This document shows, one piece after another, positions 21,303 to 31,752 of a DNA stretch of 64,000 nucleotides. Source of the DNA: an uncultured Candidatus Saccharibacteria bacterium (GTDB taxonomy: Bacteria > Patescibacteriota > Saccharimonadia > Saccharimonadales > Saccharimonadaceae); NCBI GenBank assembly GCA_947168825.1, contig CAMVNH010000001.1:61753-125752 (forward strand), in the 5' to 3' direction. The notes beneath the pieces were generated by a model, which searched no databases, was not told the origin of the DNA, and saw only the letters and a list, made by a program, of their open reading frames with translations. The position numbers and the translations under genes were made by a program. Each line of letters opens with the position of its first letter. Within the stretch, counting starts at the first letter, position 1.

Positions 21303-22070
21303 TTAGCGATTATGGTTATTTTTTGCAAGAGCATTTTGGAGATTTTGCCATTTTTCAAGACTTAGGTCTGCTGGTCGTGCATCTGGTGAAATTTGTAACT
21401 CGGAGAATATAGGTACGAGTTCGGATTTTGGCAGATTTAGATTTTTGGCCAATTTTTTGCGAGGATTAGAAAAGCCAATTTTTGCAAGCTTGAGAGCTGC
21501 ATCAGAAATTTTAGGGGCATAGGGATCTAGGACGATAATTTGACTATCAACTTTTGGTGGTGGCGTAAATAAATCTTTGGTAACTATTGGTCCTAAAGTA
21601 ACATTTGCACGGTTTTGGACGGAAATAGAAAGAAATGTTTGATTGCCATCAGTCGCGGCAATACGCATTGCAACTTCTTTTTGGATTAGAAGGACGATGC
21701 GTTCTGGAGCAGGGTCGGCATTTAGCAGTTTAGTGATAATGGGTGAAGTAATATAATATGGGATGTTTCCGGCGACTACGTATGGGGTTGGCATTGTATC
21801 AAGATCACAATTCAAAAAGTCAGCGTTAATTACTTCGAGATTTTTTCCTGGAAAAGATTTTGGTAAATTGCTTGCTAGGTTTTTGTCATATTCGACGGAA
21901 ATGACTTTGCCGAAACGTTTGAGTAGTGAGCTAGTTAGAGTACCAAGTCCTGGACCGATTTCGAGGCATAGCTCTGTTGTATTTTCCGCAGCCATGTCAG
22001 CGATTTCGTCTAAGATAAAACGATCTTTTAACCAGTGCTGACCAAGTGATTTATTATTTTTGAGCGCCAT
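21303..22070 (-). CDS. rsmA: 16S rRNA adenine dimethyltransferase
   Basis: KSLGQHWL, LEIGPGLGTLT, GNIPYYIT, IQKEVA, F.PPPKVDS. Confidence 0.95.
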   Translation of the reverse strand: MALKNNKSLGQHWLKDRFILDEIADMAAENTTELCLEIGPGLGTLTSSLLKRFGKVISVEYDKNLASNLPKSFPGKNLEVINADFLNCDLDTMPTPYVVAGNIPYYITSPIITKLLNADPAPERIVLLIQKEVAMRIAATDGNQTFLSISVQNRANVTLGPIVTKDLFTPPPKVDSQIIVLDPYAPKISDAALKLAKIGFSNPRKKLAKNLNLPKSELVPIFSELQISPDARPADLSLEKWQNLQNALAKNNHNR

Positions 22071-22071
22071 A

Positions 22072-23115
22072 TTAATACCAGTGGTGGGCCCACCAATAAT
22101 TCATTGCGTTTTGCCAGCCGCCATAACGGCCGTTGACGTATTTTATCATCCAGCGAATCTGAGTAATTGGGTTGGTTTGCCAATCTGCGCCCATTTCGGC
22201 CATTTTATTGCCAGGTAGGGCTTGCGGAATACCGTAGGCTCCAGATGATTTGTTAGTAGCATCTACACGACAGCCAGATTCGTGATAAATTAAAGTAAGC
22301 GCAGAGTAAAGATCTTCTTCGGATACGCCAGCCTGGCGCGCCCAGTTCGCGCAAGTTTCCCATTCTGGGGGAACAGATTTAGCGGCCTTTTTGGACCCAA
22401 CGGCAATGATTTTTTTGACTGGCTCTTTGGTGGTCTCTTCGCTAACTAATTCTCTGGAAACTTCTATATTATCGATAAAGTTAACTTCGTAGGTTTGAAT
22501 TTTTAGTCCATCTTCGCCAATTTGACGAATTTCTTGTTCGCCGTCGCTTAGATTCGGGTCTTGAATAGTTTCTTCCGAATAGGCGATTGGTGTTTCAACT
22601 GTGACCGTACGGCCGCCGTTTCTAGTAATTTCATACACCGAGGCATCGCCTGCTTCTAAGAAATTCATATTCGGGGTGAGCTTAATTTCATCTCCATCGT
22701 AGATCGTTAGACCTGCAGATTTAGCGATGGTTTTTCCGTCATAGCTAGAGGACATAACGTATTTTTTTGTTTGACCATCAATTAGTAAAACTGGACGTGA
22801 GCGATAAATATTTATATTGAAATTATTTTCAGTAATACGACTGGTTAATTCCGGTTCGACAGTATCCGTACTAGATATTTCATAGTTAGCACGCTCTAAA
22901 ACTTCGCGTACGGTAATTGCATCGGTTTTAATCGTGAGTTTATTGTTTTGGTCATAGATTGTGACAAAGTGATACCCAGTTTTTTCTGGGCTTTCTTCAG
23001 TGTCGTTAGCAAATGTATTTGGGAGGGTACGTGCGATGGCACCAAAAAATCCGGTGATCATCACCGCAATGGCAACATAAATGGCTAAAGGCGCCCTTTT
23101 TGCTGGCATCTTCAT
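22072..23115 (-). CDS. RpfB/YabE-like protein: DUF348 repeats, G5 domain and lytic transglycosylase-like domain
   Basis: TVREVLERA repeat, G5 (QIGEDG..PVKKIIAVG), HESG..ATNKSSGAYGIPQALPG; upstream of rsmA as in the rpfB/yabE-ksgA layout. Confidence 0.85.
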   Translation of the reverse strand: MKMPAKRAPLAIYVAIAVMITGFFGAIARTLPNTFANDTEESPEKTGYHFVTIYDQNNKLTIKTDAITVREVLERANYEISSTDTVEPELTSRITENNFNINIYRSRPVLLIDGQTKKYVMSSSYDGKTIAKSAGLTIYDGDEIKLTPNMNFLEAGDASVYEITRNGGRTVTVETPIAYSEETIQDPNLSDGEQEIRQIGEDGLKIQTYEVNFIDNIEVSRELVSEETTKEPVKKIIAVGSKKAAKSVPPEWETCANWARQAGVSEEDLYSALTLIYHESGCRVDATNKSSGAYGIPQALPGNKMAEMGADWQTNPITQIRWMIKYVNGRYGGWQNAMNYWWAHHWY

Positions 23116-23157
23116 GCTTTTATTGTAACACATTTTATGTAGATAAAGTCAAATTTT

Positions 23158-25119
23158 TTAGTTCCAGATTGGTCCATCATCTGGAAAAGGGTCCTGGTCG
23201 AAGCTCTCAGTATCAAAATCTGGTGCAAAAGGATCAAATTCTTTATCTGGTTCATCGATGTTTGAAAAATCATTTGAGCCGTATGGATTGTAACCGAGCT
23301 CTAGTAGAAAGCGAGAAGGTATGGAATAATTTCGACTACCAAAAGTAAAACGTGAGCGAGCATAGGTTAAGATGAGGAGTTCTTTAGCACGGGTCATACC
23401 AACATAAGCGAGGCGACGCTCTTCTTCGATGTCGCGTTCATCTTCGGAACGGCTAGATGGAAAAAGCCCATCTTCTAAGCCGACTAGAAAAACTACCGGA
23501 AATTCTAGACCTTTTGCGGCATGTAGGGTCATAAGTGTAACTGAGTTCTTGCTTATTTCTTCATCGGCGGAAGACATGAGCGAAGCATCAGCAAGAAAGT
23601 CGGAGAGGTTTTCGTAGTTGATAGCGTTACTAGAGAGGACTGACAGGTTTTCGGTGCGTTCTTCCCCGCTCGGCGTGCCGTCGCTTAGTAGTTCCTTAAA
23701 GTTGAAGTAGTCGGTTATTTTTTGGATAAGTTCAGATGGAGGGATTTTTGTTGAAGAATATTTATCGAGAAAATTCGTGAGTTTTTCGTAGGATTTTTTG
23801 GCCTTACCAGAAGGTTCGATGCCAGCCAAGATTTTATTGAAGCTAGCATCACCTATACCAGAAAGAACGTTTTTGCAGACGCGCTCTAGACTTACAGTAT
23901 CGTGTGGATTAACTAAAAGTTTCAAAATTGCGAGAGCGTCTTTGACTTCTTTGCGATCATAAAAGCGTACACCACCGATGATTTTGTAGGGGATTTTGGC
24001 GTTGATAAAAGCTTTTTCAAAAGCATAGGATTGGGCATTTGTACGGTAGAGTACGGCAAAATCGTGGTAGTTACGTTTAGATTTTGAAATTTCGATTGAA
24101 ATGCGTGATGCAACCCAAACTGCTTCATGTGTTTCGTCGTTTAGGGCTTCAATCTCTACTGGATCACCTTCACCAGATTCGGTGAACAAAGTTTTGTCGG
24201 TGCGAGCTTTATTTTGTTCGATGATTTTTTGTGAAGCTTTCAGAATATTACCAGTGCTGCGGTAATTTTGCTCAAGTTTAATTACCTTGCTACCGGGAAA
24301 ATCTTTTTCGAAATTTAAAATATTAGTAAAATCGGCACCGCGCCAAGAGTAGATTGATTGCCAGTCATCACCAACTACGCAAATATTACGTTTGTAATTG
24401 ACCAGGGCCTTGATAAGCTGATACTGAATCGCGTTGGTGTCTTGATATTCGTCTATCAAGATGTGACTAAAGTGGTCTTGCCATTTTTTGCGGACTTCTG
24501 GATTTTTGTGAAATAGCTCGGCAGTTTTTAATAGCAGATCGTCAAAATCAAGTGCCTCAGCCTCTCGCTTTTCTTTTTCGTAGAGTTCGTAAATTTTGGC
24601 GATTTGCTTCTGGTTTTGATAATATGCTTCGGAGGCGTATTCGCTGGGTGAGATGCCAGAGTTTTTATTTTTGGAGACAATAGATTGGATGGCTTTTGGC
24701 TTCAGGCTTTTGCTGTCGAAGTGCTGTTCTTTGATGATGCGACGAATAAGTGCGGTTTGGTCGTCCGTATCATAGATTACAAAATTAGCATCAAGATTGG
24801 CGGCAACGTGTTCGATTCTTAGAATGCGTACACAAATTGAGTGGAATGTACCCATGTAGAGCATAAATCCGCGAGGTGCAAAATTGGTACCGCCCTGCAG
24901 TTGCCAGAGACGATTCCGCATTTCATTAGCAGCTTTATTGGTGAAAGTAACCGCAAGGATATGATTTTCTGGAATACCGTGAGCCATTAGATTTGCAATA
25001 CGGTGGGTCAGAGTTTTGGTCTTGCCAGATCCTGCACCAGCTAAAATGAGAAGAGGGCCTTCCAGTGTTTCGGCAGCCTCCCTCTGTGCCGGGTTTAATC
25101 CTTTTAAAATATCGTTCAC
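23158..25119 (-). CDS. pcrA: ATP-dependent DNA helicase PcrA/UvrD
   Basis: AGAGSGKT, IDEYQDTN, VGDDWQSIYSWRGA, LEQNYRS, TLHAAKGLEF, EERRLAYVGMTRA. Confidence 0.93.
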   Translation of the reverse strand: MNDILKGLNPAQREAAETLEGPLLILAGAGSGKTKTLTHRIANLMAHGIPENHILAVTFTNKAANEMRNRLWQLQGGTNFAPRGFMLYMGTFHSICVRILRIEHVAANLDANFVIYDTDDQTALIRRIIKEQHFDSKSLKPKAIQSIVSKNKNSGISPSEYASEAYYQNQKQIAKIYELYEKEKREAEALDFDDLLLKTAELFHKNPEVRKKWQDHFSHILIDEYQDTNAIQYQLIKALVNYKRNICVVGDDWQSIYSWRGADFTNILNFEKDFPGSKVIKLEQNYRSTGNILKASQKIIEQNKARTDKTLFTESGEGDPVEIEALNDETHEAVWVASRISIEISKSKRNYHDFAVLYRTNAQSYAFEKAFINAKIPYKIIGGVRFYDRKEVKDALAILKLLVNPHDTVSLERVCKNVLSGIGDASFNKILAGIEPSGKAKKSYEKLTNFLDKYSSTKIPPSELIQKITDYFNFKELLSDGTPSGEERTENLSVLSSNAINYENLSDFLADASLMSSADEEISKNSVTLMTLHAAKGLEFPVVFLVGLEDGLFPSSRSEDERDIEEERRLAYVGMTRAKELLILTYARSRFTFGSRNYSIPSRFLLELGYNPYGSNDFSNIDEPDKEFDPFAPDFDTESFDQDPFPDDGPIWN

Positions 25120-25134
25120 TACCTTATTTTAACA

Positions 25135-26685
25135 CTAAATGCCGGAGAGTGGAGCAATGTCGGCGCCAAGATGGCGAAGACGGGCGGCGAAATCCTGATA
25201 ACCGCGATTAATGGAATAGGTATTGTGTAAGATTGATGTTCCGGGAGCGGCCAGCATGGCAATTAATACTACTACTGCTGGGCGGAGAGCAGGTGGAGAT
25301 ACGAGTTCGGTTGGGCGCCAGTTTGCCGGTCCCTCGACGTATACGCGATGGGCATCCAGCAGCTCGACTTTGGCGTTTAATTTTGCAAGATCAGTAGTGT
25401 AAACTGCGCGATTTTCGAATACCCAATCGTGAATTAATGTGCGGCCACGAGCGGAGGCAGCAATAACTGAGAAGAACGGTAAGTTATCGATATTTAGTCC
25501 TGGGAACGGCATTGGATGAATCTTGTCGATTGGTGCGACAAGATCGGATTTTTTGACGGTCAAGTCCGTTAATCGTGTGTGTCCGTTGTTGGATAGATAT
25601 TCTGGTGATTTTATGATTTCGGCGTTCATGCTCTTTAGGACTTCCAGTTCAATCTCAAGGAATTCGATCGGCGCACGTAGAATTTTGATCTCCGAATGTG
25701 TGGCGAGGGCGACGGAAATGAAGGACATGGCTTCGATTGGATCTTCGGAAGGGTAGTAATCTACGTCTCTATTTATTTTTTCACAACCAGTGACGGTCAG
25801 AGTAGTAGTGCCGATACCTTCGATTTTAACACCGAGTTTTTCAAGAAAGAAACAGACGTCTTGGACCATGTAGTTTGGTGATGCACCAACGATGGTGGTT
25901 TTTCCAGGATAGAGTGCGGCCGCCATTAGGATATTTTCGGTTACTGTGTCGCCGCGTTCGGTTAAAACAATGCGTTTTTTAGGATGGATTTTTGTGGTGG
26001 GCGCTTTGACGCTAGCCTTATAAAATCCAGAATGACTAACGGCATCAACTGCAAGACCAAAATTGCGGAGCGCGCGTAAATGTGGTTCGACCGTGCGAAC
26101 ACCAAGCGAACAGCCACCAGCATATGGAAGGGTGAAGCGTTTGTATTTGTGTAAGAGCGGTCCCATTAGCATGATGATTGAGCGGGTTTTGCGGGCTGCC
26201 TCGATATCTAGATTTTTAATTTTTAATTCATCTGGTGATATAATTTCTAAATCACGTTTGCGGTTTTTCCAGTTGCATTTTACGCCGATGGATTCCAAAA
26301 CTTCAATAATACGGAACACCTCTTCAATGCGAGCAAGATGGTGGAAAGTAGTCTTTCCAGAGTTTAGGAGGGCGGCACAAAGGAGACCAACTGCGGCATT
26401 TTTACTAGTATTGATCGTGATTTCACCGTGCAATTCTTTCCCACCATTTACGCGCAAACCTTGAGAATGTGCGGTGTTAATAGATAGAATTGGGCTGCCA
26501 AAAAAATTTGAAAGCTTTTTAATCATATCCAGGGAAATGTTTTGCTGCCCCTTCTCAATACGATGGATGGCAGATTGGGAGGTACCAATAGCGTTGGCTA
26601 GCTCAGCTTGAGTCATGGACTTTTCCATACGAAGCCCAGCGATAACGTGGCCAATTTCTCGTTGGTAGTTAGATTCAAGTTTCAT
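25135..26685 (-). CDS. murA: UDP-N-acetylglucosamine 1-carboxyvinyltransferase with N-terminal XRE HTH
   Basis: MTQAELANAIGTSQSAIHRIEKG, then SKNA, AGGCSLGVR, TENILMAA, PFPG, RGY. Confidence 0.9.
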   Translation of the reverse strand: MKLESNYQREIGHVIAGLRMEKSMTQAELANAIGTSQSAIHRIEKGQQNISLDMIKKLSNFFGSPILSINTAHSQGLRVNGGKELHGEITINTSKNAAVGLLCAALLNSGKTTFHHLARIEEVFRIIEVLESIGVKCNWKNRKRDLEIISPDELKIKNLDIEAARKTRSIIMLMGPLLHKYKRFTLPYAGGCSLGVRTVEPHLRALRNFGLAVDAVSHSGFYKASVKAPTTKIHPKKRIVLTERGDTVTENILMAAALYPGKTTIVGASPNYMVQDVCFFLEKLGVKIEGIGTTTLTVTGCEKINRDVDYYPSEDPIEAMSFISVALATHSEIKILRAPIEFLEIELEVLKSMNAEIIKSPEYLSNNGHTRLTDLTVKKSDLVAPIDKIHPMPFPGLNIDNLPFFSVIAASARGRTLIHDWVFENRAVYTTDLAKLNAKVELLDAHRVYVEGPANWRPTELVSPPALRPAVVVLIAMLAAPGTSILHNTYSINRGYQDFAARLRHLGADIAPLSGI

Positions 26686-26728
26686 GAAAAAATTATATCA
26701 CAGGATGAATAATTTTGGAATAAGGTTT

Positions 26729-27577
26729 CTAGTGATTCTGATATCCGCAGATAACGTTGTTGGCGTGGAGCCAGCCTTCTAGAGTTCCGCCATCTAATTC
26801 TTCGCCTTCAGCTTTTAGGACGCGTACTGCACCACCGTTTTTTATAAAGGTCTCAATTGGGTCGGTAATCATATACTCTTGATCATGAATTCCAAAGTCG
26901 TTTTCATGTACATATTTTACAATTTCCTGCTGGAGATCTGGTGAGAGGATATATTTGCCAATGCTAGCGAGATTACTAGGAGCTTGGTCCGGATTTGGCT
27001 TCTCGACGAGACCAGTAAGATAATTATTAGGGTCTGTTGATAGGGCTGCAAATTTACTGATCTCCGGTCCAGGAATCTCTAATCCAAGAATGGCAGAATC
27101 GGAGGATTCGCCTATACCGTTTAATAAGATTTCTGCGGCTGATTTTCCACCTGGGTTCCAGATCAAATCGTCACCCATGAAGACGATGACTGGTTCGGAG
27201 ATATTGTACTCTTCAATTACCATGGCTATTGGTACCGCCGTGCCATATTTGCCGGAAGGATCCTGGACGGTATAATGAATATTGACATTATCTGGTAAAG
27301 TCTTAGCGAGCTTTAGACGATCGAGCTTATTGCGCTCGTTGAGGTATTGATTGAGTGCGACATTATCGCGATAATATTCACGAACCTGGCAAGGCTCAGT
27401 GTTGGAGATCACCATATAGATATCAGTAATACCAGCTTTGATTAATTCTTGGACGGAATAATCAACTAAGGGACGATTGCCCACTGGCAACATAGACTTT
27501 TCAATAATTTTTGTGATTGGAAGACGGCGTGTACCCCAACCTGCAACTGGAATAATTGCTTTAGTAATCTTTGGCAT
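26729..27577 (-). CDS. Sugar-1-phosphate nucleotidyltransferase (GalU-like)
   Basis: KAIIPVAGWGTRRLPITK, MGDD, VEKP. Confidence 0.85.
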   Translation of the reverse strand: MPKITKAIIPVAGWGTRRLPITKIIEKSMLPVGNRPLVDYSVQELIKAGITDIYMVISNTEPCQVREYYRDNVALNQYLNERNKLDRLKLAKTLPDNVNIHYTVQDPSGKYGTAVPIAMVIEEYNISEPVIVFMGDDLIWNPGGKSAAEILLNGIGESSDSAILGLEIPGPEISKFAALSTDPNNYLTGLVEKPNPDQAPSNLASIGKYILSPDLQQEIVKYVHENDFGIHDQEYMITDPIETFIKNGGAVRVLKAEGEELDGGTLEGWLHANNVICGYQNH

Positions 27578-27601
27578 GATACGCTGTATTATAGCTTAGT
27601 T

Positions 27602-29179
27602 TTATACAGAAATCAATGGTGCTTGCCAGTTTTCAGGAAAGTCTTCTTGGCCGAGCAAGATGGCGATAGTCGAGGCAATATTGGCAAGGCCGGCATTTTC
27701 AGGTTCGACGAGGTGGTAACTTGAGCGATTTTTTGTATTATCGTAGATAATGAATGGGACTGGATTGGTAGTGTGGGAAGTTTTTGGGTTGCCATTTTCA
27801 TCATGTAATTCTTCTGCGTTTCCGTGGTCTCCAGTAATTATTAATACTCCGCCGAGACGGTCGACCTCACGAGCAATGCGGGCAAGCTGAATATCAATAG
27901 CTTCAATGGCTGCAATGGTTGGTTCGAGTTCGGCAAAGTGGGCGACCATATCGCCACCAGCAAAGTTTAATCGTACGAAATCAAAATCTTTCATTTTTTC
28001 GATAACTACGTCTGCGGTTTCGGCGGATTTCATCCAAGGGCGAGTATCAAATGGTTGCGTATCGGATGGAATTTCGATATGCTCTTCGTTTGTATTTTTT
28101 TCGTAGCTGTTACCGTTGAAATAATAAGTAATGTGACCAAATTTGACGGTTTCGGCAACGGCTAGTTGAGAAAGGCCTTTTTTGCTAATAAATTCTGGTA
28201 GTGAGTCTTCGATCTCTATAGGTTCGACGAGGCGATGTTCTGGAACGTGAGTGTCGGAATTGTATTCTGTCATACCAGCAAAGTAAATATTTGGTTTTTT
28301 GCCACGGTCAAAATAATTAAACTCATCATAAGTAAAGGCCTGAGCGATTTCGATAGCACGATCGGCACGGAAGTCAAAATAGATAAAGGTGTCACCATCT
28401 TCAACCTTACCTACTGGTTTGCCGTTCTCGTCGATAACAAAAGGTGGCATATATTGGTCTTGAAGGTCTTTATCTTGAGCGCGAAAAGTGCCAATGGCTT
28501 CTATGGCTGAAGAGAAGTGGGCAGGAGCTTCACCATGTACCATAGCATCCCAGCCGGCTTTTACGACGTCCCAGTCATTTTCGTAGCGGTCAGCTACAAA
28601 GACCATGCGACCACCACCGGAGGCAATACGATAATCTGGGTGGTCTGGGAAGGTATCAATGAAATTTTCGAGTTCGGCGACATATTGATTTGCGGATTGT
28701 GGTGGCGTATCGCGACCGTCAAGCACTAGATGGATGCGAATTCTGGAAATTCCTTCAGCATGGGCTTTTGCAATCATTTTTTCCAGATGTTTTATTGAAC
28801 TATGGACATTACCATCGGAAAAGATGCCTGCGAAATGGAGAGTGGAGTGGTTATTTTTAGTTTGCGTAATAATATCTTGCCAAGTTTTGGTTTTCCAGAT
28901 TGAGCCGCTACTAAATGCTTCCTCGATTTGGGCAATACCTTGTTTGATGATTTGCCCGCTACCAATGGCGTTATGTCCGACTTCACTGTTGCCCATGTCT
29001 TGTTCGAGGACGCCGACTGCGAGACCCGAGGCTTTCAACGGCATAGTAGGATGATTGCTAACGGCGTTGTCTAGGAATTCTGTATGTGCTTGTTTGACGG
29101 CATTGCCAGTAGTCTCGCGTCTGAGTCCGACGCCATCTAGAACTGCTAGTACGACTGGACCTTTGTATTTTAGTGTCAT
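27602..29179 (-). CDS. gpmI: 2,3-bisphosphoglycerate-independent phosphoglycerate mutase
   Basis: LDGVG, MGNSEVGH, DGRD, FRADRA, DMVAH, GDHGNAE, SHT. Confidence 0.95.
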   Translation of the reverse strand: MTLKYKGPVVLAVLDGVGLRRETTGNAVKQAHTEFLDNAVSNHPTMPLKASGLAVGVLEQDMGNSEVGHNAIGSGQIIKQGIAQIEEAFSSGSIWKTKTWQDIITQTKNNHSTLHFAGIFSDGNVHSSIKHLEKMIAKAHAEGISRIRIHLVLDGRDTPPQSANQYVAELENFIDTFPDHPDYRIASGGGRMVFVADRYENDWDVVKAGWDAMVHGEAPAHFSSAIEAIGTFRAQDKDLQDQYMPPFVIDENGKPVGKVEDGDTFIYFDFRADRAIEIAQAFTYDEFNYFDRGKKPNIYFAGMTEYNSDTHVPEHRLVEPIEIEDSLPEFISKKGLSQLAVAETVKFGHITYYFNGNSYEKNTNEEHIEIPSDTQPFDTRPWMKSAETADVVIEKMKDFDFVRLNFAGGDMVAHFAELEPTIAAIEAIDIQLARIAREVDRLGGVLIITGDHGNAEELHDENGNPKTSHTTNPVPFIIYDNTKNRSSYHLVEPENAGLANIASTIAILLGQEDFPENWQAPLISV

Positions 29180-29229
29180 TTTGCCCACTCCTTTAGTGAA
29201 TTTATATGATATATTGTATCACGCTTATG

Positions 29230-30450
29230 CTAGTTTGTGTAGCCTGGTTTCCCTAATAATCGGAACATATTAGTCTTATAAGCTTCGACTCCCGGCTGGT
29301 TAAAAGGGTCGACGTTCTGGAGCGTGGCGGAGATTGCACAGGAGAGTTCAAAAAAGGCAATGAGACCCCCTAATGAAGTTTCGTCAATTTGGCCGTCGAT
29401 TTTAATTTCGAAGACTGGGATGCCACCAGCACGATGTGCGTCAACGGTAGCTTCGTAAGCTTTTTTGTTGACGTAGGTTAGTGATTTTCCGGCAAGATAG
29501 TTGAGGCTGTCTAGATCTTCTACTGATTCAGGAATAGTTAAGTCTTCTTTTGCATCTTTAAAGCCAATAAAGGTTTCAAAAATATTGCGACGTCCTTCTT
29601 GTATGTACTGACCGAGCGAGTGGAGGTCTGTTGTGTAAATTACGCTAGCAGGAAAAATTCCTTGATGGTTTTTACCTTCCGATTCGCCAAAGAGCTGCTT
29701 CCACCATTCAGCAAAATAATGCATTTCTGGATCAAAAGTAGCAAGAACTTCGGTATCATATCCACGTTCGGCACAGAGCGTGCGAAGGATTGCATATTGA
29801 TAGGCTGGTTCAGGGTTTTTAAAAAGTTCATTGGCTCCATGAATAAAATCGTCTATATTAAGACCGGCAACAGCCAATGGTAATAGTCCAACTGGTGTTA
29901 AGACTGAGTAGCGGCCGCCGATATTATCTGGAATGATGAAAGCTTTGTAGTCATTTTTGGTGGCTTCGGATTTGAGGGCGCCATTTTTTGAATCGGTCGT
30001 AGCATAGATTCGGTTGGCCGCTTCTTCTTCTCCGTATTTTTCGATCAATTTTTGTTTCAGGATACGAAAAGCGATGGCCGGTTCAGTGGTGGTGCCAGAT
30101 TTAGAAATAACATTTAATGAAAAATTTGCGTCGCCGATTTCATTGATGATTTTATGGAGAGATTTAGTGCTAAGAGAATTGCCAGCATAAAGAATTTTGG
30201 TTTTTGAATTGTTACCGAGAGCTTCGATAATAGCTCTATGCCCAAGATATGATCCGCCGATACCAATGCAGATAAGGAAGTCGGAATCAGCGTTGATTTT
30301 TTGTGCTGTGAGTTTGATATCTTCTAAATTGGTTTCTGGAGTGGGGATAGTCAACCAGCCTGACATAGGGTTTTCTTGGATTTTTTGGTAAGCCCTTTTC
30401 GCTGGATTGGTGTCGATATAGATATTTTCAGTGGCACTAAACGTAATCAT
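29230..30450 (-). CDS. pgi: Glucose-6-phosphate isomerase
   Basis: GIGGSYLG, SKSGTTTE, GGRYSV, QLFGESEGK, PFNQPGVEAYK. Confidence 0.95.
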   Translation of the reverse strand: MITFSATENIYIDTNPAKRAYQKIQENPMSGWLTIPTPETNLEDIKLTAQKINADSDFLICIGIGGSYLGHRAIIEALGNNSKTKILYAGNSLSTKSLHKIINEIGDANFSLNVISKSGTTTEPAIAFRILKQKLIEKYGEEEAANRIYATTDSKNGALKSEATKNDYKAFIIPDNIGGRYSVLTPVGLLPLAVAGLNIDDFIHGANELFKNPEPAYQYAILRTLCAERGYDTEVLATFDPEMHYFAEWWKQLFGESEGKNHQGIFPASVIYTTDLHSLGQYIQEGRRNIFETFIGFKDAKEDLTIPESVEDLDSLNYLAGKSLTYVNKKAYEATVDAHRAGGIPVFEIKIDGQIDETSLGGLIAFFELSCAISATLQNVDPFNQPGVEAYKTNMFRLLGKPGYTN

Positions 30451-30491
30451 GGTTTTATTATAACATGATTTTATGATACAATATAAGATAA

Positions 30492-30578
30492 GCCCGGATG
30501 GCGGAATTGGCAGACGCGCTAGCTTCAGGTGCTAGTGCCAGTAATGGCGTGCAGGTTCAACCCCTGTTCCGGGCACCA
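30492..30578 (+). tRNA. tRNA-Leu(CAG)
   Basis: GCCCGGATGGCGGAATTGGCAGACGCG-CTAGC-TTCAGGT-GCTAG, long variable arm, CCA end. Confidence 0.95.
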
Positions 30579-30585
30579 TACAGAT

Positions 30586-31752
30586 TTAGGATAGAATGAT
30601 AAGATTTTCGAGATGTGGAGTGCGGGGGAAAAAATTATACGGTACGACTTTTTCGATTTGATATTTTTCGGACAATAATTTGACGTCGCGAGCTTGAGTG
30701 GCCGGATTACAAGAAAGATAGATAATTTTCTCGGGTCTAACTTCGAGCAATTTTTTGATTAGTTTATGGTCGCAGCCAGCGCGTGGTGGATCGAGAATTA
30801 CGGTTTGGTCTGGCGTAATAAAATCAAGCGCCTCTTCGGATTTAGCTAAAACTGGGTGTCCGATATTATCGGCATTTTTTTCGAGTTCAGAATAGGCGGA
30901 TTTGTCAATTTCAACTAGAGTTAGATCCTTGTCTCTAGCGACAGAGAGACCAATGGTGCCGACGCCAGCATAGAGATCGAGTACTTTGTTCGTGGTAATA
31001 TGTTGCTTAATTTCTTGAAGCGCCATTTCGTAAACTGGGAGATTGATTTGGAAAAAACCATTTGGTGAATAAGAATATTCGTAGCCTAAAATTTTGTCAG
31101 TAAGATTTTTAAAAGATGGATGAGGCTTGCCGTTTTCGTAGAGCCCGCCAGAGATTTCTCCATTTTGATTGGCACGAAGAAGGAGGGATTGAAAATTGCG
31201 AGCTTGTTCATTATTAGTATTGAGGCTGGCGATGATTTCCTGAGCCTTTTTGAAAATTTCTGGACGCTCTAAGCTTGAATTTTCGATTGGTATTTTGCGA
31301 TGAGATCCGCGTTGATGAAATGCAAGGCGAATTTTCTCGGAATCTAGATCCCAGTATAAGGAATATTCCATTTTGTTTCGGTAATAAAAATCATGTAGGT
31401 CGGTCTGGACTTTTGTTACGGGGATGGCTAAGTTGTTTTGCTGGAAAACTTCCTGTAAAAGCTCAGCTTTTTGATCTAGTTCGTAATCATAGTCCATGAT
31501 TTGGAATGGTGAAGTTGAAAGAAAACAATTATCACGGGGAGGAATGCGATGGCTGTTTTCGTTTTCGATTTTGTTTGCAATACCTTCTAAATACTTCGAT
31601 TTTTTCTTGGTTATGGTGAATTCTGTAGCGATTTCATTAGGAAGAACATTCCAAAGAAAGATTTTTTGACCGTTTTCAAGCGTGCCAATTCCCTGTCCAC
31701 CAGGAACTAGACGATCAATTTTGACTGGTTCATTACTCGTAACGTAACGCAT
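30586..31752 (-). CDS. TrmA/RlmD-family RNA (uracil-5)-methyltransferase
   Basis: YRNKMEY, FFQIN, LDLYAGVGTIG, DPPRAG, YLSCNPAT, FFPRTPHLE. Confidence 0.9.
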   Translation of the reverse strand: MRYVTSNEPVKIDRLVPGGQGIGTLENGQKIFLWNVLPNEIATEFTITKKKSKYLEGIANKIENENSHRIPPRDNCFLSTSPFQIMDYDYELDQKAELLQEVFQQNNLAIPVTKVQTDLHDFYYRNKMEYSLYWDLDSEKIRLAFHQRGSHRKIPIENSSLERPEIFKKAQEIIASLNTNNEQARNFQSLLLRANQNGEISGGLYENGKPHPSFKNLTDKILGYEYSYSPNGFFQINLPVYEMALQEIKQHITTNKVLDLYAGVGTIGLSVARDKDLTLVEIDKSAYSELEKNADNIGHPVLAKSEEALDFITPDQTVILDPPRAGCDHKLIKKLLEVRPEKIIYLSCNPATQARDVKLLSEKYQIEKVVPYNFFPRTPHLENLIILS

